Part shown: piece after piece, positions 13,640 to 25,647 of the stretch | Numbering within the stretch: the stretch's first letter is position 1 | How the letters are laid out: each line of letters opens with the position of its first letter | From: Octopus bimaculoides | Taxonomy: Eukaryota | NCBI RefSeq assembly: GCF_001194135.2 | Contig: NC_069005.1 | Coordinates: forward strand, 12,922,210-12,974,629 | Direction: 5' to 3' | DNA length: 52,420 bases | Position numbers and translations under genes: made by a program | The notes under the pieces: generated by a model | What the model saw: the letters and a program-made list of their open reading frames with translations, nothing else | The model's database searches: none | Told to the model about the DNA's origin: nothing

Positions 13640-13915
13640 TGCAAATAAAAAACCTACATATGTTTCTACATAGTTAATTAGAAATTCGAAGCATATGGTT
13701 AAATGCTTAGAAAAAAGTCATATTCTAACGATATGGGGTACAACTCCATGCATCCTAAACCCTACAAGTTCATAAAAACCCTGAAGAAGTTGTACCCGAT
13801 ATCGTTAGAATATGACTTTTTTCTAAGCCTTTAACCATATTCTTCGAATTTCTAATTAACTATGGGATAGCACAGATACATATGTAGGTTTTTTATTTAT
13901 TTGTATTGTAATGTT
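13640..13915. repeat. Second copy of palindromic element 1
   Basis: Same arms and the cctaaaccctacaagttca core; lacks the nested insert and part of the centre. Confidence 0.8.
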
Positions 13916-14399
13916 TTTAAAAGAAATTTTTTAACATAGAAATAAATTTTTCATACATCCAATTCTCTCCATTTTCTTTCCTTCAACATATATATGGTTC
14001 CGGGTTCAGTCCCACTGAATGACACCTTGGGCAAGTATCATCTACTATAGCCTCGGGCCGACCAAAGCCTTGTGAGTGCATTTGGTAAACGGAAACTGAA
14101 AAAAGCCCGTCGTATATATGTATATATACATGAATGTTTGTGTGTCTGTGTTTGTCCGTAACTTAGCGGTTTGGCAAAAGAGACTGATAGAATAAGTATT
14201 CGACTTACAATGAATAAGTCCTGGGGTCGGTTTGTTCGACTAAAAGCATGGCCGCAGTCAAAAAATCGTTAGGGTTGGGGTTAGCTCACGTAACTCAATG
14301 TATTACTATAACACCATGTTGTCTTCGTTCTAGTTGGAATGTTGCTCTGTCCACAGATCTAGGCTTTGGCTCACAGTTGGCAATCTCGTAAAATTTTCT

Positions 14400-15105
14400 A
14401 TTTGAGAATGTGATCATATTATAGCTTTGTGTCTTCTCCTCAACATACGTATCACCTTGTTCTTCTTGAACCTACGGGTGTCCCGCGATAATTCAGCTTC
14501 CATATCTTCCTTCTCCTGACTATCCTATGTCTCTTAGTCGATTTACTTCCAGCATCTATGTCCCTAATTACTAGTCCATGCTAAGTGGCACATTGTAAGT
14601 GTGCTTACAATGACGGACAGATGGCTGTAAATACTAAATATTCACACTCAGCATTCCCAATCATGTTTCTATCCTGTTTCCTGGTAATTACGAAGTCTAC
14701 GTGGCTTGCGTAAGTGGTAGGCAATACGGTGATTGGTTGGTTTCTTGAAGTTGCTGTTCCAAATACTTAGCTCAATTTACATTCCAGAACTCCAGGATAA
14801 TCAGTTTTCGTTCTTCGTACCATGTTCGCTAATGTAGACAGCGTGTTGTCACGCCGCATGGACGTTAATGACCCCCAGCTGTGAATAAGGAAGTGATTGT
14901 TGTCTGTTATTGAGATAGTCTGCTCGAGAGAAGTATAGAAACGGTCCTCATTTGCCTGTCCAGACTTATACAGATATCTCTGGTGCTGTCATGTGGCCTA
15001 CGACTATTGTAAGCTTAATTAATGTGGCGCACTTAATCGCTTTTAACCATTTCTCTTCAAACCATATCTCTACCTTACCACCAGCGACGCCAACCACTCA
15101 TAACA
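14400..15105 (-). pseudogene. Degenerate RTE-type apurinic endonuclease domain fragment
   Basis: Frameshifted minus-strand pieces EDRFYTSLEQTI, ILEFW..NSNFKKPTNHRIAY, HVDFVITRKQDR and RRKIWKL match the RTE/CFDP2-like endonuclease pattern. Confidence 0.65.
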
Positions 15106-15114
15106 ACGTATTTT

Positions 15115-15146
<32 letters not shown>

Positions 15147-15369
15147 AAGAATATAAGTATGTATGTATATATGTATGATTATAAATCTTCCACTGAGGAG
15201 GGAGCCAGTTTCCAACAAAGATACAAGGCTTCATCTTTGGGATGTAGTTAACACAGACAAATTCACATTTGGAACTTGGCATGCTGCCAACTATCACCCA
15301 TAAGACCCTGCTCTTTGGTCCAATCAACTTCATTAAGAGGATGGATGGTAACTTTTCCAATGACAGCGC

Positions 15370-15790
15370 TTTAAAATGCGATGGATGCTAAAAACTGAAA
15401 TTTCAATCTAACGAATCTCTTACTGCACAGTTTTTCTTAAACCCTGGCAATACATTTCTAGTGCCCTTCTTGCTTTGTGGGGTTTGATCATGTTCCCAGT
15501 CTTCTGGAATGTTTCTTGGGGACATTCTGAACAGCTCAATCTGCTACAAACTTATCTCTTATTCATATGATTGATAAGTTGCATAGCTGGATTTGTTTGA
15601 AACACCCTCCTAAACTGTCTCTGTTTTTGTGCATCAACTGCACTTTCAGACTTCCAGTAGCACTTTATGACAAATTTCCTTTCTTCAAAGCTTAGTCTGA
15701 CTCTCTTCATTATTTCTAATAGTTGAACGCAAAAAGAAATATGAATTATCAACTGTTAAAAATGTGCGTAGTTTTTGGAACAGCCTGTGT
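15370..15790 (-). mobile_element. Tc1/mariner-family remnant with a DUF4817-like HTH N-terminus
   Basis: LSFEERKFVIKCYWKSESAVDAQ..FRRVFQTNP; terminal ta-caggctgttccaaaa-like TIR near 15770-15790. Confidence 0.65.
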
Positions 15791-16032
15791 GTATACACAC
15801 ACACAAGTGCATGCGTGGCTGTGGTAATAATCTTGCTTACCAACCACATGAGTCAGGATTCTGTCCCACTGCATGGCACCTTGCGCAAGAGTCTTCTATA
15901 GCCTAAGGCCAAACTGAAAGAAGCCCAGCGTGTGTATATTTGTATCTGTGTCTCTAGCCCCACCACCGCTTGATAGTACCCCAGCATGGGCACAGTCTAA
16001 TAACTAACTAAAAATAAAAGCAAAAGGCAAAG

Positions 16033-17230
16033 TTAAATGATTTAGTTCATGATCTAAATTTATCAAAGAAAGCCACTCTGCTCCTTGGGTCGTATTTAAA
16101 AGAAAGGAACCTGCTTGCACTGAGAACCTAGTTTACCATTTATGGGCATCAACAGAATGAGTTACTTCCATTCTTCAGCTTGGATGTTGATTTTGTTTAT
16201 TGCAATGATGTTAAAGACCCCATGGGCTGCTATGGGGTGTGAATACAATCCAGATGACAGTGTCTGATTTGTTGAGAAGCAGGACGTCATCAAATTATAA
16301 AGAATTTGTGCATACCCTGTTAACCAATTTTCAAGCATTAAGCTGCAACATGAGTGTAAAAGTGCATTTCCTGCACAGTCACCTGCACTACTAGTGGAGG
16401 CGCAATGGCCCAGTGGTTAGGGAAGCAGATTCGCGGTCATAGGACCGTGGTTTCGATTCCCAGACCGGGCGTTGTGAGTGTTTATTGAGCGAAAACACCT
16501 AAAGCTCCACAAGGCTCCGGTAGGGGATGGTGGCAAACCCTGCTGTACTCTTTCACCACAACTTTCTCTCACTCTTACTTCCTGTTTCTGTTGTGCCTGT
16601 AATTCAAAGGGTCAGCCTTGTCACACTGTGTCACGCTGAATATCCCCGAGAACTACGTTAAGGGTACACGTGTCTGTGGAGTGCTCAGCCACTTGCACGT
16701 TAATTTCACGAGCAGGCTGTTCCGTTGATCGGATCAACTGGAACCCTCGATGTTGTAAGCGACGGAGTGCCAGCAACAGCAACCTGCACTACTTACCTGA
16801 AAATCATACAACAATAAGTGATGAGCAAAGAGAAAGATTCCACCAAGACATCATGACCATGGAGACTAGTTACTGGAATAGAAGTGTGATGGAAGACTAA
16901 TGCTGGTTTCTACAAAGAGACTGTTGTGAAGCAAGTTATTTATGCAAAGAAACAAAGAGAAAGTTCACTTCTAGAGTAGTTGAAACTCCAGTTTGACAGA
17001 AATATCTATCCTAAGATGTGTAATTAAACATTTTGTGTAATATATTTGTTAAACAATAAAACTCATTGATTTGTGTTAGTTTCATATTGCATTTAATGGC
17101 AAAATAGACCCCTTTTTTTTGGTAAGAAAAAAAATAATAATTCCAGTTTAACAAAAAACTTGATATGATAGAAAATTTCTGAGGGCATTTCTGAAGTCAG
17201 CACCACCAAATTGGGCAGGACTAATTGAGA
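16033..17230 (+). mobile_element. Chapaev-3-like (CMC) DNA transposon remnant, interrupted by a family A SINE
   Basis: LNDLVHDLNLSKK..LLGSYLKERNLLA, VYCNDV, MSVKVHFLHSHLHY|LPEN..ISDEQRERFHQDI..METSY...CWFLQRD are motifs I recall from Chapaev-3 transposases; large internal deletion. Confidence 0.65.
16394..16781 (+). mobile_element. tRNA-derived SINE 'family A', full length, 12-bp TSD ACCTGCACTACT
   Basis: Head gtggaggcgcaatggcccagtggttagg...ggtttcgattccc with A/B-box-like motifs; TSD at 16381-16392 and 16782-16793. Confidence 0.92.
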
Positions 17231-17410
17231 AAAGCAAGACAACTAAAGATTCTTTTCAAATGGCTGTGTGGTAAGTAGCTTGCTTACCAACCACATGGTC
17301 CCAGGTTCAGTCTCACTGCGTGGAACCTTGGGCAAGTGTCTTCTACTATAGCCTCAGGCCAACCAAAGCCTTGTGAGTGGATTTGGTTGACGAAAACTAG
17401 AAGCCCGTCG

Positions 17411-17461
<51 letters not shown>

Positions 17462-17690
17462 GTATGTATGTGTGTGTATGTTTGTTAGTCCCCGCAACAT
17501 CGCTCGACAACCAATGCTGGTGTGTTTACGTCCCCGTCACTTAGCGGTTCGGCAAAAGTCACCAATAGAATAAGTACTAGGCTTACAAAGAATAAGTACT
17601 GGGGTCGATTTGCTCGACTAAAAAGGTGGTACTCCAGCATGGCCACAGTCAAATGACTGAAACAAATAAAAGAAAGAAAAAAGTGTAATA

Positions 17691-17735
<45 letters not shown>

Positions 17736-18885
17736 ACACACATTGTGGCTGGTACTGAAGATATTCAGCCAGCTGTCTTGAGGGTGTGAAAGCCTGGGTT
17801 AACTAGGGTGGAACACTATTGAAAGTATTTCCAGTTGAAAATAGACTTAAGTAAGGTGATTTCTGACACACTTCTCCATATATTCTGAAGAATGCTTTCA
17901 AAGGCATTTGCAACTTCAACAGATGACACTTGTATATGAAACCATGCTTCAGATAATGTGCTTAATCTGACAAGAATGAACTTCAAGTATATATATGGCA
18001 AATATTAAATATATAGAAAATATATATGTGGATGGATATATATGTGCCAGTGCTATATAAAATGCACTCATGTCGGTGCTGTTTTGATGCACCCATGCTT
18101 CTGGTGCATAAAAAGCACCCAGCACACTCCGTAAACAGGTTGGCATTAGGAAGGACATCCAGCCATAGAAACCATACCACAATAGAAAACTGGATCCTGG
18201 ACAGCTCCCCAGCTGACCAGCTTCATGTCAAACCATCCAACGCATGCTAGCATGGAAAGCATGTTTAAACAATGATAACGACTTACATANNNNNNNNNNN
18301 NNNNNNNNNNNNNNNNNNNNNNNNNNNNNNNNNNNNNNNNNNNNNNNNNNNNNNNNNNNNNNNNNNNNNNNNNNNNNNNNNNNNNNNNNNNNNNNNNNNN
18401 NNNNNNNNNNNNNNNNNNNNNNNNNNNNNNNNNNNNNNNNNNNNNNNNNNNNNNNNNNNNNNNNNNNNNNNNNNNNNNNNNNNNNNNNNNNNNNNNNNNG
18501 AAGAGTTGGGCAGGACGCATCGTTAAAATGGCTCTTCCCATGGACTGCAAATTAAATTTGTATACACAAATTAAACCTGTGCCATGGCGGAATGTCGTAG
18601 CGGAAAAAAAGCAAGACAGGAAAACAAACAGAAAAGAAAACAAGACAGGAAAACAAACGGAAAAGGCTATGCGGCCAGACGTGAAAAATTATGTGTATAT
18701 GAACACTGTGAGGCACGAACTGAAAAAGACGGGACGAAGTAAGTTCGCTTGTTTGCTCGGCGATAGCCAAGGAAGAAAAGGATTAGTGACCGGAAGCATG
18801 TGACCAGGCAGGGGTAAGGAAGAGAGAGAGTGGTAGAGGGAGAAACAAGGGGAGGAAGTGGAAGAATAGGTGAGCAATGAGAGAA

Positions 18886-19016
18886 AGAGAGAAATATAGT
18901 AGTAACAGGAGGAAGAACGAGAGGGGAAAGAGAGAGATATAGTAGTAACAGAAGGAAGAACGAGAGGGGTAAAGAGAGATACATAGTAGTAACAGAGGAA
19001 GAACGAGAGGGGGGAA
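18886..19016. repeat. Minisatellite, ~43-bp unit x3
   Basis: gagagatatagtagtaacagaaggaagaacgagagggg repeated three times. Confidence 0.85.
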
Positions 19017-19153
19017 AAGTGATAGAGAAAGAGATAGAGTCGCGTCAGAAAATATAAAGTTGAAAAAACTACTTACAACAGTGATGACACAGGCGTTCGA
19101 TCATGTAAAACAAATAATATATGAGTATATGCATATATACGTACAGAGAGGGA

Positions 19154-19208
<55 letters not shown>

Positions 19209-20747
19209 GCAGACAGACAGACAGACTTAGAGATAGATAGATTGACATATGTATATATGGATGGATAGATGAATAAATTTGCACAGAGATGTAAATTGAA
19301 ACTGCATCAAAGGATCCCCATCTATGAGTACAGCAATTCTGCACATAAACTGATAAATTAAAAAGGAGACACTACATGGCTGCCAGGCTGATTCTGTTAC
19401 ACATGTAGTAGAATAACATGCATAAAATAGCTTGTGATAGGAAGGGTACCTATTTGGAATAACAATACGCCACAAAGATAACAGCCAAATTTAGAGATAA
19501 CAACTATTTTAATTCTGTACTCAGCAGTGGAGCCTCCTAGTGGGAATATCAGGATATGTGTGAAGAACTCTTTGATCTCAAACAATCATGCCAACAATCA
19601 TATTTTCAAGAATACAAAATAAATAAATAAATAAATAAATAAAACCTCACACCAAACACTGGAAACATCACAAGAAAGTGCTTTGCTGTATGGCTGCCAC
19701 AATCAACAATGACATGACAAAAGTAAGGTCTGGATAGATTGAGGAGATACTAGAGTAGAGAGTAGCAGATGTGTATTGAAGAAAGGTGAATGAGTCCTCA
19801 GCCAAACTCATAACAGTCCAGGAAGATGCTGCACACTGAGACTGAACCAGAATTGATCGAGTAGCAAAGCAAAGTTCTTACCCACACGGCCATGCTGGCA
19901 TTTACTTACTGGTATGGAAGCCACACACTTCTACACTTGATTTTAACTGAAGAATTTAGGTAGGGGACTTATACACAAGTATAGACTATGTACATACATA
20001 CACATACACACACATGTATGTGTGTGTGTATATATATGTATATATGTGTGTGTGTGTGTGTGTGTGTACATGTTCTTTTTTTCTTTTTCTTTGCTTTTAC
20101 TCGTTTCAGTCATTTGAATGTGGCCATGCTGGAGCACCGCCTTTAGTCAAGCAAATCGACACCGGGACTTATTCTTTGTAAGCCTATCGGTCTCTTTTGC
20201 CGAACCGCTAAGTTACGGGGACATAAACACACCAGCATCAGTTGTCAAGTGATATTGGGGGACAAACACAGACACACAAACATATACACACACACATACA
20301 TATATACGACGGGCTTCTTTCAGTTTCCGTCTACCAAATCCGCTCACAAGGCTTTGGTCGGTCCAAGGCTATAGCAGAAGACACTTGCCCAATGTGCCAC
20401 ACAGTGGGACTGAACCCGGAACCATGTGGTTCACAAGCAAGCTACTTACCACACAGCCACCCCTACGCCTATATACATATGAATCAACCCTTAATCTTGT
20501 GGGCTCGTGGGTGCTGATGCTACAAAAAAAATTGAGACATGCCAGTGAAACATAAGCGCTCCTGTACCAGTGCCGCATAAAAGCACCTGGCACACTGTGA
20601 AATGGTTGCCAAATCAGACATGGAGCCTGAGCAGCTCTGCAGCTGGCCAACTCCTGTCAAACTGTCCAATTCAATGCCAGCATGGAGAAGAGATGTTGAA
20701 TGAATATGATGATGATGATGATATAGATATAGATATATACACACATA

Positions 20748-20946
20748 TACGAGGGAGTGCTGAAAAGTTCCTGGCTTCGGATAAAAGAAAATACAAGAGG
20801 ATCAGTTATTTATGATAATGACTTTATTCAACATATTCTCCTCAGACTCAAACACACTTATTGCAGCAGTCCTTAAGCCCTGTAAAAGAACTCAGAGGGC
20901 CTTTTGTGATACCCTTAAAGCCAGAAACCTTTCCACACCTCCTTGT
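20748..20946. mobile_element. Mariner-derived MITE (~200 bp)
   Basis: TA-CGAGGGAGTGCTGAAAAGTTCCTGGC terminus with a degenerate inverted end; an opposite-orientation copy is at 51996-52196. Confidence 0.7.
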
Positions 20947-21031
20947 GTGTATATATATATATATATATATTTATATACGTGTGTGTATATATACCAACAT
21001 ATCCAACATATTTCCATGTGTGTGTACACAT

Positions 21032-21408
21032 TGTTTGTTGGCACTCCGTCGCTTACGACATCGAGGGTTCCAGTTGATTCGATCAACGGAACAGCCTACT
21101 CATGAAATTAACGTGCAAGTGGATGAGCACTCCACAGACACGTGTACCCTTAACGTAGTTCTTGGGGAAATTCAACGTGACACAGCGTGACAAGGTTGAC
21201 CCTTTGAATTACAGGCACAACAGAAACAAGAAGTAAGAGTGAAAGAAAGTTGTGGTGAAAGAGGTTCGCCACCATTCCCTGCTGGAGCTTCGGGGAGCTT
21301 TAGGTGTTTTCGCTCAATAAACACTCACAACGCCCAGTCTGGGAATTGAAACCGCGATCCTATGACCGCGAGTCCGCTGCCCTAACCACTGGGCCATTGC
21401 GCCTCCAC
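21032..21408 (-). mobile_element. SINE family A, full length, 12-bp TSD GTGTGTACACAT
   Basis: Reverse-complement copy; TSD at 21020-21031 and 21409-21420; lies ~145 nt downstream of the kanadaptin stop. Confidence 0.92.
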
Positions 21409-21475
21409 GTGTGTACACATATACAGAAGAAGAAAGAGTTTTACTAAAACACAGACTAGTCTTATATGGAAATGT

Positions 21476-21481
21476 TTTAAT
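21476..21481 (-). promoter_or_regulatory. Candidate polyadenylation signal ATTAAA
   Basis: Variant hexamer ~72 nt downstream of the kanadaptin stop; no transcript data. Confidence 0.3.
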
Positions 21482-21552
21482 GCATCAGAAGTTCATGGAG
21501 ATTTGAAATGTTCTAGTGGGGGATGGGGGTGGAGAATGGAATCTTGGAGAGA

Positions 21553-21602
21553 TCAGTAGCCATATTTCTCATTCAAAGAAGTACGTCCATCACCACTTTG
21601 AT
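21553..21602 (-). CDS. SLC4A1AP: Kanadaptin last coding exon: (D)QSGDGRTSLNEKYGY*
   Basis: ctatctttccag| acceptor; near-invariant C-terminus (human QSGDGRTHLNDKYGY); TGA at 21553-21555. Confidence 0.95.
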
Positions 21603-22236
21603 CTGGAAAGATAGGGTAGAGCCATAATAAATATTATAAGCAAACAAAACAAAACAAAAAAAAAAAGAGAAAATCCATAAGAATCAAATAAATGAAAAAT
21701 AAATAAATATACAAAATGCATGAATGGATCTGGAACAAGGAAATGACATATATATAGAGAGAGAAGGAGGAGGGGTGTGCATACTGGCCACATACTGTAA
21801 TTAATAGGTGCAGGTGTGTCTATGTGGTAAGAAGTTTGCTTCCCAGCAACAAGGTTCTATGTTCAGACCCAGAGCATAGCACCATGGCCAAGTGTCTTCA
21901 GCCATAGCCCTGTGCCAACCAAAGCCATGTAAATGGATTTAGTAGAATGAAACTGAAAGAAGCCAGTTGTACACACATACACATACATATATATATATTG
22001 TTGTTGTTATTATGTAAAAGTATCATAAGTCCAAAACGTTGCTTTTTCAGAAAACGGAAAAATAGTTGCACCATTCCAAAGCAAAACCGTTGACAGTTTT
22101 TGATATTTTGGCATCTGAAGCAGATGGAGATATGATAGTTTGACCAAAAGAACCGGTTATTGCAAGCAATAATAAATATTGAAAAAAAAACACATTTGGC
22201 CAAATTTGGACATACGGCAGTTTAACATTATAGCAA

Positions 22237-22290
<54 letters not shown>

Positions 22291-24839
22291 GTGTGTGAGT
22301 GGACAAATGAAAGAAGGGCATTGAACTAATTTCTTGGGAGTCACATGTATGGATCAAAACAGTTTGATTGAAATTTGCTGGTACTCAGAGTTTCAAGGGT
22401 GGTGCTAGTCTTCAGCCATTTTGAATTTGAATGAAACAAGTTGATTGTTATTACCTTAAGGTGGGCTGCAATTGGTCGATGAAGGTCATGTGGTGTAATG
22501 GTTTGATATTAGTATATCGGTGTGTGTATGTGTGCATCTGGCACCCGTGCTGGTGACACATAAAAAACATCCTTTGAGCTTTAGGCCTCACAGGGGCAGT
22601 GACAAGTGACTGAGGACTTTGGCATTATACCAGGCTTGAGAAGACCTGTCAAGTCAAGTGAGATTGTAATCATGGACAACACCAGTGTTTCATAACTGGC
22701 ACATAAAAAGCACCCACTACACTCTTGGAATGGTTGGCATTAGGAAGGGCATCCAGCAGTAGAAACCATGGCAAATCAGATTGGAACCTAGTGCAGCTTC
22801 CCAGCTTACCAGTTTTCAGTCAAACCATCCAACCCATGCCAGCATGGAAAACAGATGTTAGATGATAATGATGATGATAACACTGCCAAATCAGATTGGA
22901 GCCTGGCGTAGCCATCTGGTTTCACCAGTCCTCAGTCAAATCGTCCAACCCATGCTAGCATGGAAAGCGGACGTTAAAAGATGAANNNNNNNNNNNNNNN
23001 NNNNNNNNNNNNNNNNNNNNNNNNNNNNNNNNNNNNNNNNNNNNNNNNNNNNNNNNNNNNNNNNNNNNNNNNNNNNTATATATGTGCTGTGCGTGAGAAG
23101 ACCCGGCAAGCCAAGTGAGATCGTTGCCAGTGCCGCCTGACTGGCCTTCGTAGGGTTTTCGAGCGAGATCGTTGCCAGTGCCCCTGGACTGGCTTTGTGC
23201 AGGTGGCACATAAAAGACACCATTTCGAGCGTGGCCGTTGCCAGTACCGCCTGACTGGCCTTCGTGCGGGTGACACGTAAAAGTACCCACTACACTCTCT
23301 GAGTGGTTGGCGTTAGGAAGGGCATCCAGCTGTAGAAACTCTGCCAAATTAGATTGGAGCCTGGTGTTGCCATCCGGTTTCACCAGTCCTCAGTCAAATC
23401 GTCCAACCCATGCTAGCATGGAAAGCGGACGTTAAAAGATGAAGATGATGATGATGATGATGATGATGATGATATATAATGAAAGAGAAAGAAGATGTAA
23501 TTCGTGAGATTCTATATTAATCACTAGGATAGTTTTGACCCATTATGTATTGGTACCTCGCAAGTAAGACACTATACAAACAGTTGTGGTGCATCATTTG
23601 GTGCAGATGTGTCTCATCAGGTGACTTGTCTAAAGGTACCTCGTTTTTTAATCTCTGTTTTGCTTATTCTGAATACATTATTAGAATACATTTTCGTATT
23701 TGTCTGCAGTTACTTGCATACATTAGAAAACTCAGAAATGATGATGAAGATGATTGCATTGGGTTCTTACTGTTTCCATCAATTATGTATTAATGATACG
23801 GCTTTGATTGATACAAGACTGTAAAGACAATGGTTGAAGGTACTATAGAGTGAAACCAAACAGAGAACCACATGATTGCAAACAGATCTGCTGAAGCACA
23901 CAGCATTGCCTAAATATGGTATGCAACACCTATCTTAATAAAAAAGAAAAGAAAACTTACCTGATGGAGGTAACCAAACCACTTTATCTGCATCAGCTTC
24001 AAAACATGAGGAATCTCCAGAAACCTATAAATTAAAAATAAAATAATAATAATGATAATAATAATATAAGGCCAATAGACCAGATATAGTTGTCAAAGAT
24101 CATGAAGAAAAAAATGCTTTCTAATTGATGTATCAATACCAGCAGATGACAACGTTTCCCTAAAAAAAATGGAGAAACTTTCAAAGTACAAAGACCTGGA
24201 AATAGAGGTAACTCGAATGTGGAATCTAAAAACAGAAACAATTCCTATCATAGTAGGCGCCTTAGGTATAATAAAAAAATATTCAGACAAATACATAACA
24301 AAAACACCAGGACTTACAAATATATATAACATACAGAAAATTGCACTACTGGGCACTGCACACATTCTACGCAAAACACTTTCAATACAGTAACCATAAG
24401 AGCATCACAGCAAACCACAGCACATATCCAAGGCACACAGAGCTGTGGTCGGTAGTGAAGTGAAAGCACGTTATAAAAATAAAACTACTACTACTACTAC
24501 TAATAATAATAATAGGAGTACTCTGTTGGTTATGACGACAAGGGTCCCAGCTGATACGATCAACGGAACAGCTTGCTCATGAAATTAACGTGCAAGTGAC
24601 TGAGCAATCCACAGACATGTGTACCCTTAATGTAGTTCTCAGGGAGACCCAGTATGACACATAGCATGACAAGGCCAGCCCTTTGAAATACAGGTACTAC
24701 TCATTTTTGCCAGCTGAGTGGACTGGAGTAACGTGAAATAAAGTGTCTTGCTCAAGGACACAACGCATCGCCGGGAATCGAACTCATGACCTTACGATCG
24801 TGAGCCAAATACCCTAACCACTAAGCCACATGCCTTCAC

Positions 24840-24872
<33 letters not shown>

Positions 24873-25614
24873 TGATGATTTCATTTATTTGCCACCAGAA
24901 TGGATGGTGGGGAAAATTCAAAGACAGACACAAAGTGCGGGGATTTAGATATAATGAAATTGTAAAAATAATTTTAAAAAAAAAGGAGGTGGTGGTTAAA
25001 GAGATGTAGCTCTCTTGATACAGAATGACCTCTAGGGATAATCGAGAAACCCCACTGCCCGAGATTTCCCTGATCACCAAGTGCAAGTGCCCCTTCCAAT
25101 TCCCTTTATCTGACTCACAGGTCTACAGTTAGAGAGGTGCCATTCACTCTTACCATTTTTATAAATAATAATAATCCCTTTTACCATAAGCACAAAGCCT
25201 GAAATTGAGGGGGACGGGGGGATCGCATCAACCCCAGTGCTCAGCTTATTTTTCTGACCATGAAAGGATAAAAGGCAGAGTCAACCTCATAGAATTTGAA
25301 CTCAGAGCCTAAAGACACACAAAATACTGCTAAGCATATTACCCAGGATGCTAACAATTCGGCCAGCTTGCCATCTTAATAACTATAATGATGATAATAA
25401 TAATAATAATCCTTTCTACTGAAGGCACAAGTCCTGACATTTTAAGGGAGGGGACAAGTAGATTACATCAACCCCAGTGTATTACTGCTACTTAATTTAT
25501 TGACGCTGAAAGGCAAAGTCGACCTCAGTGTAATTTGAACTCAGAACACAAAGACGGGTGAAATACCGCTAAGCATTTCACCCAGTGTGCTAATGATTCA
25601 TTCAGCTCACTGCC

Positions 25615-25647
<33 letters not shown>

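Noticed and set aside
16394-16470. tRNA-like sequences (also at other SINE heads)
   Set aside because: They continue into SINE bodies with TSDs; they are not tRNA genes.
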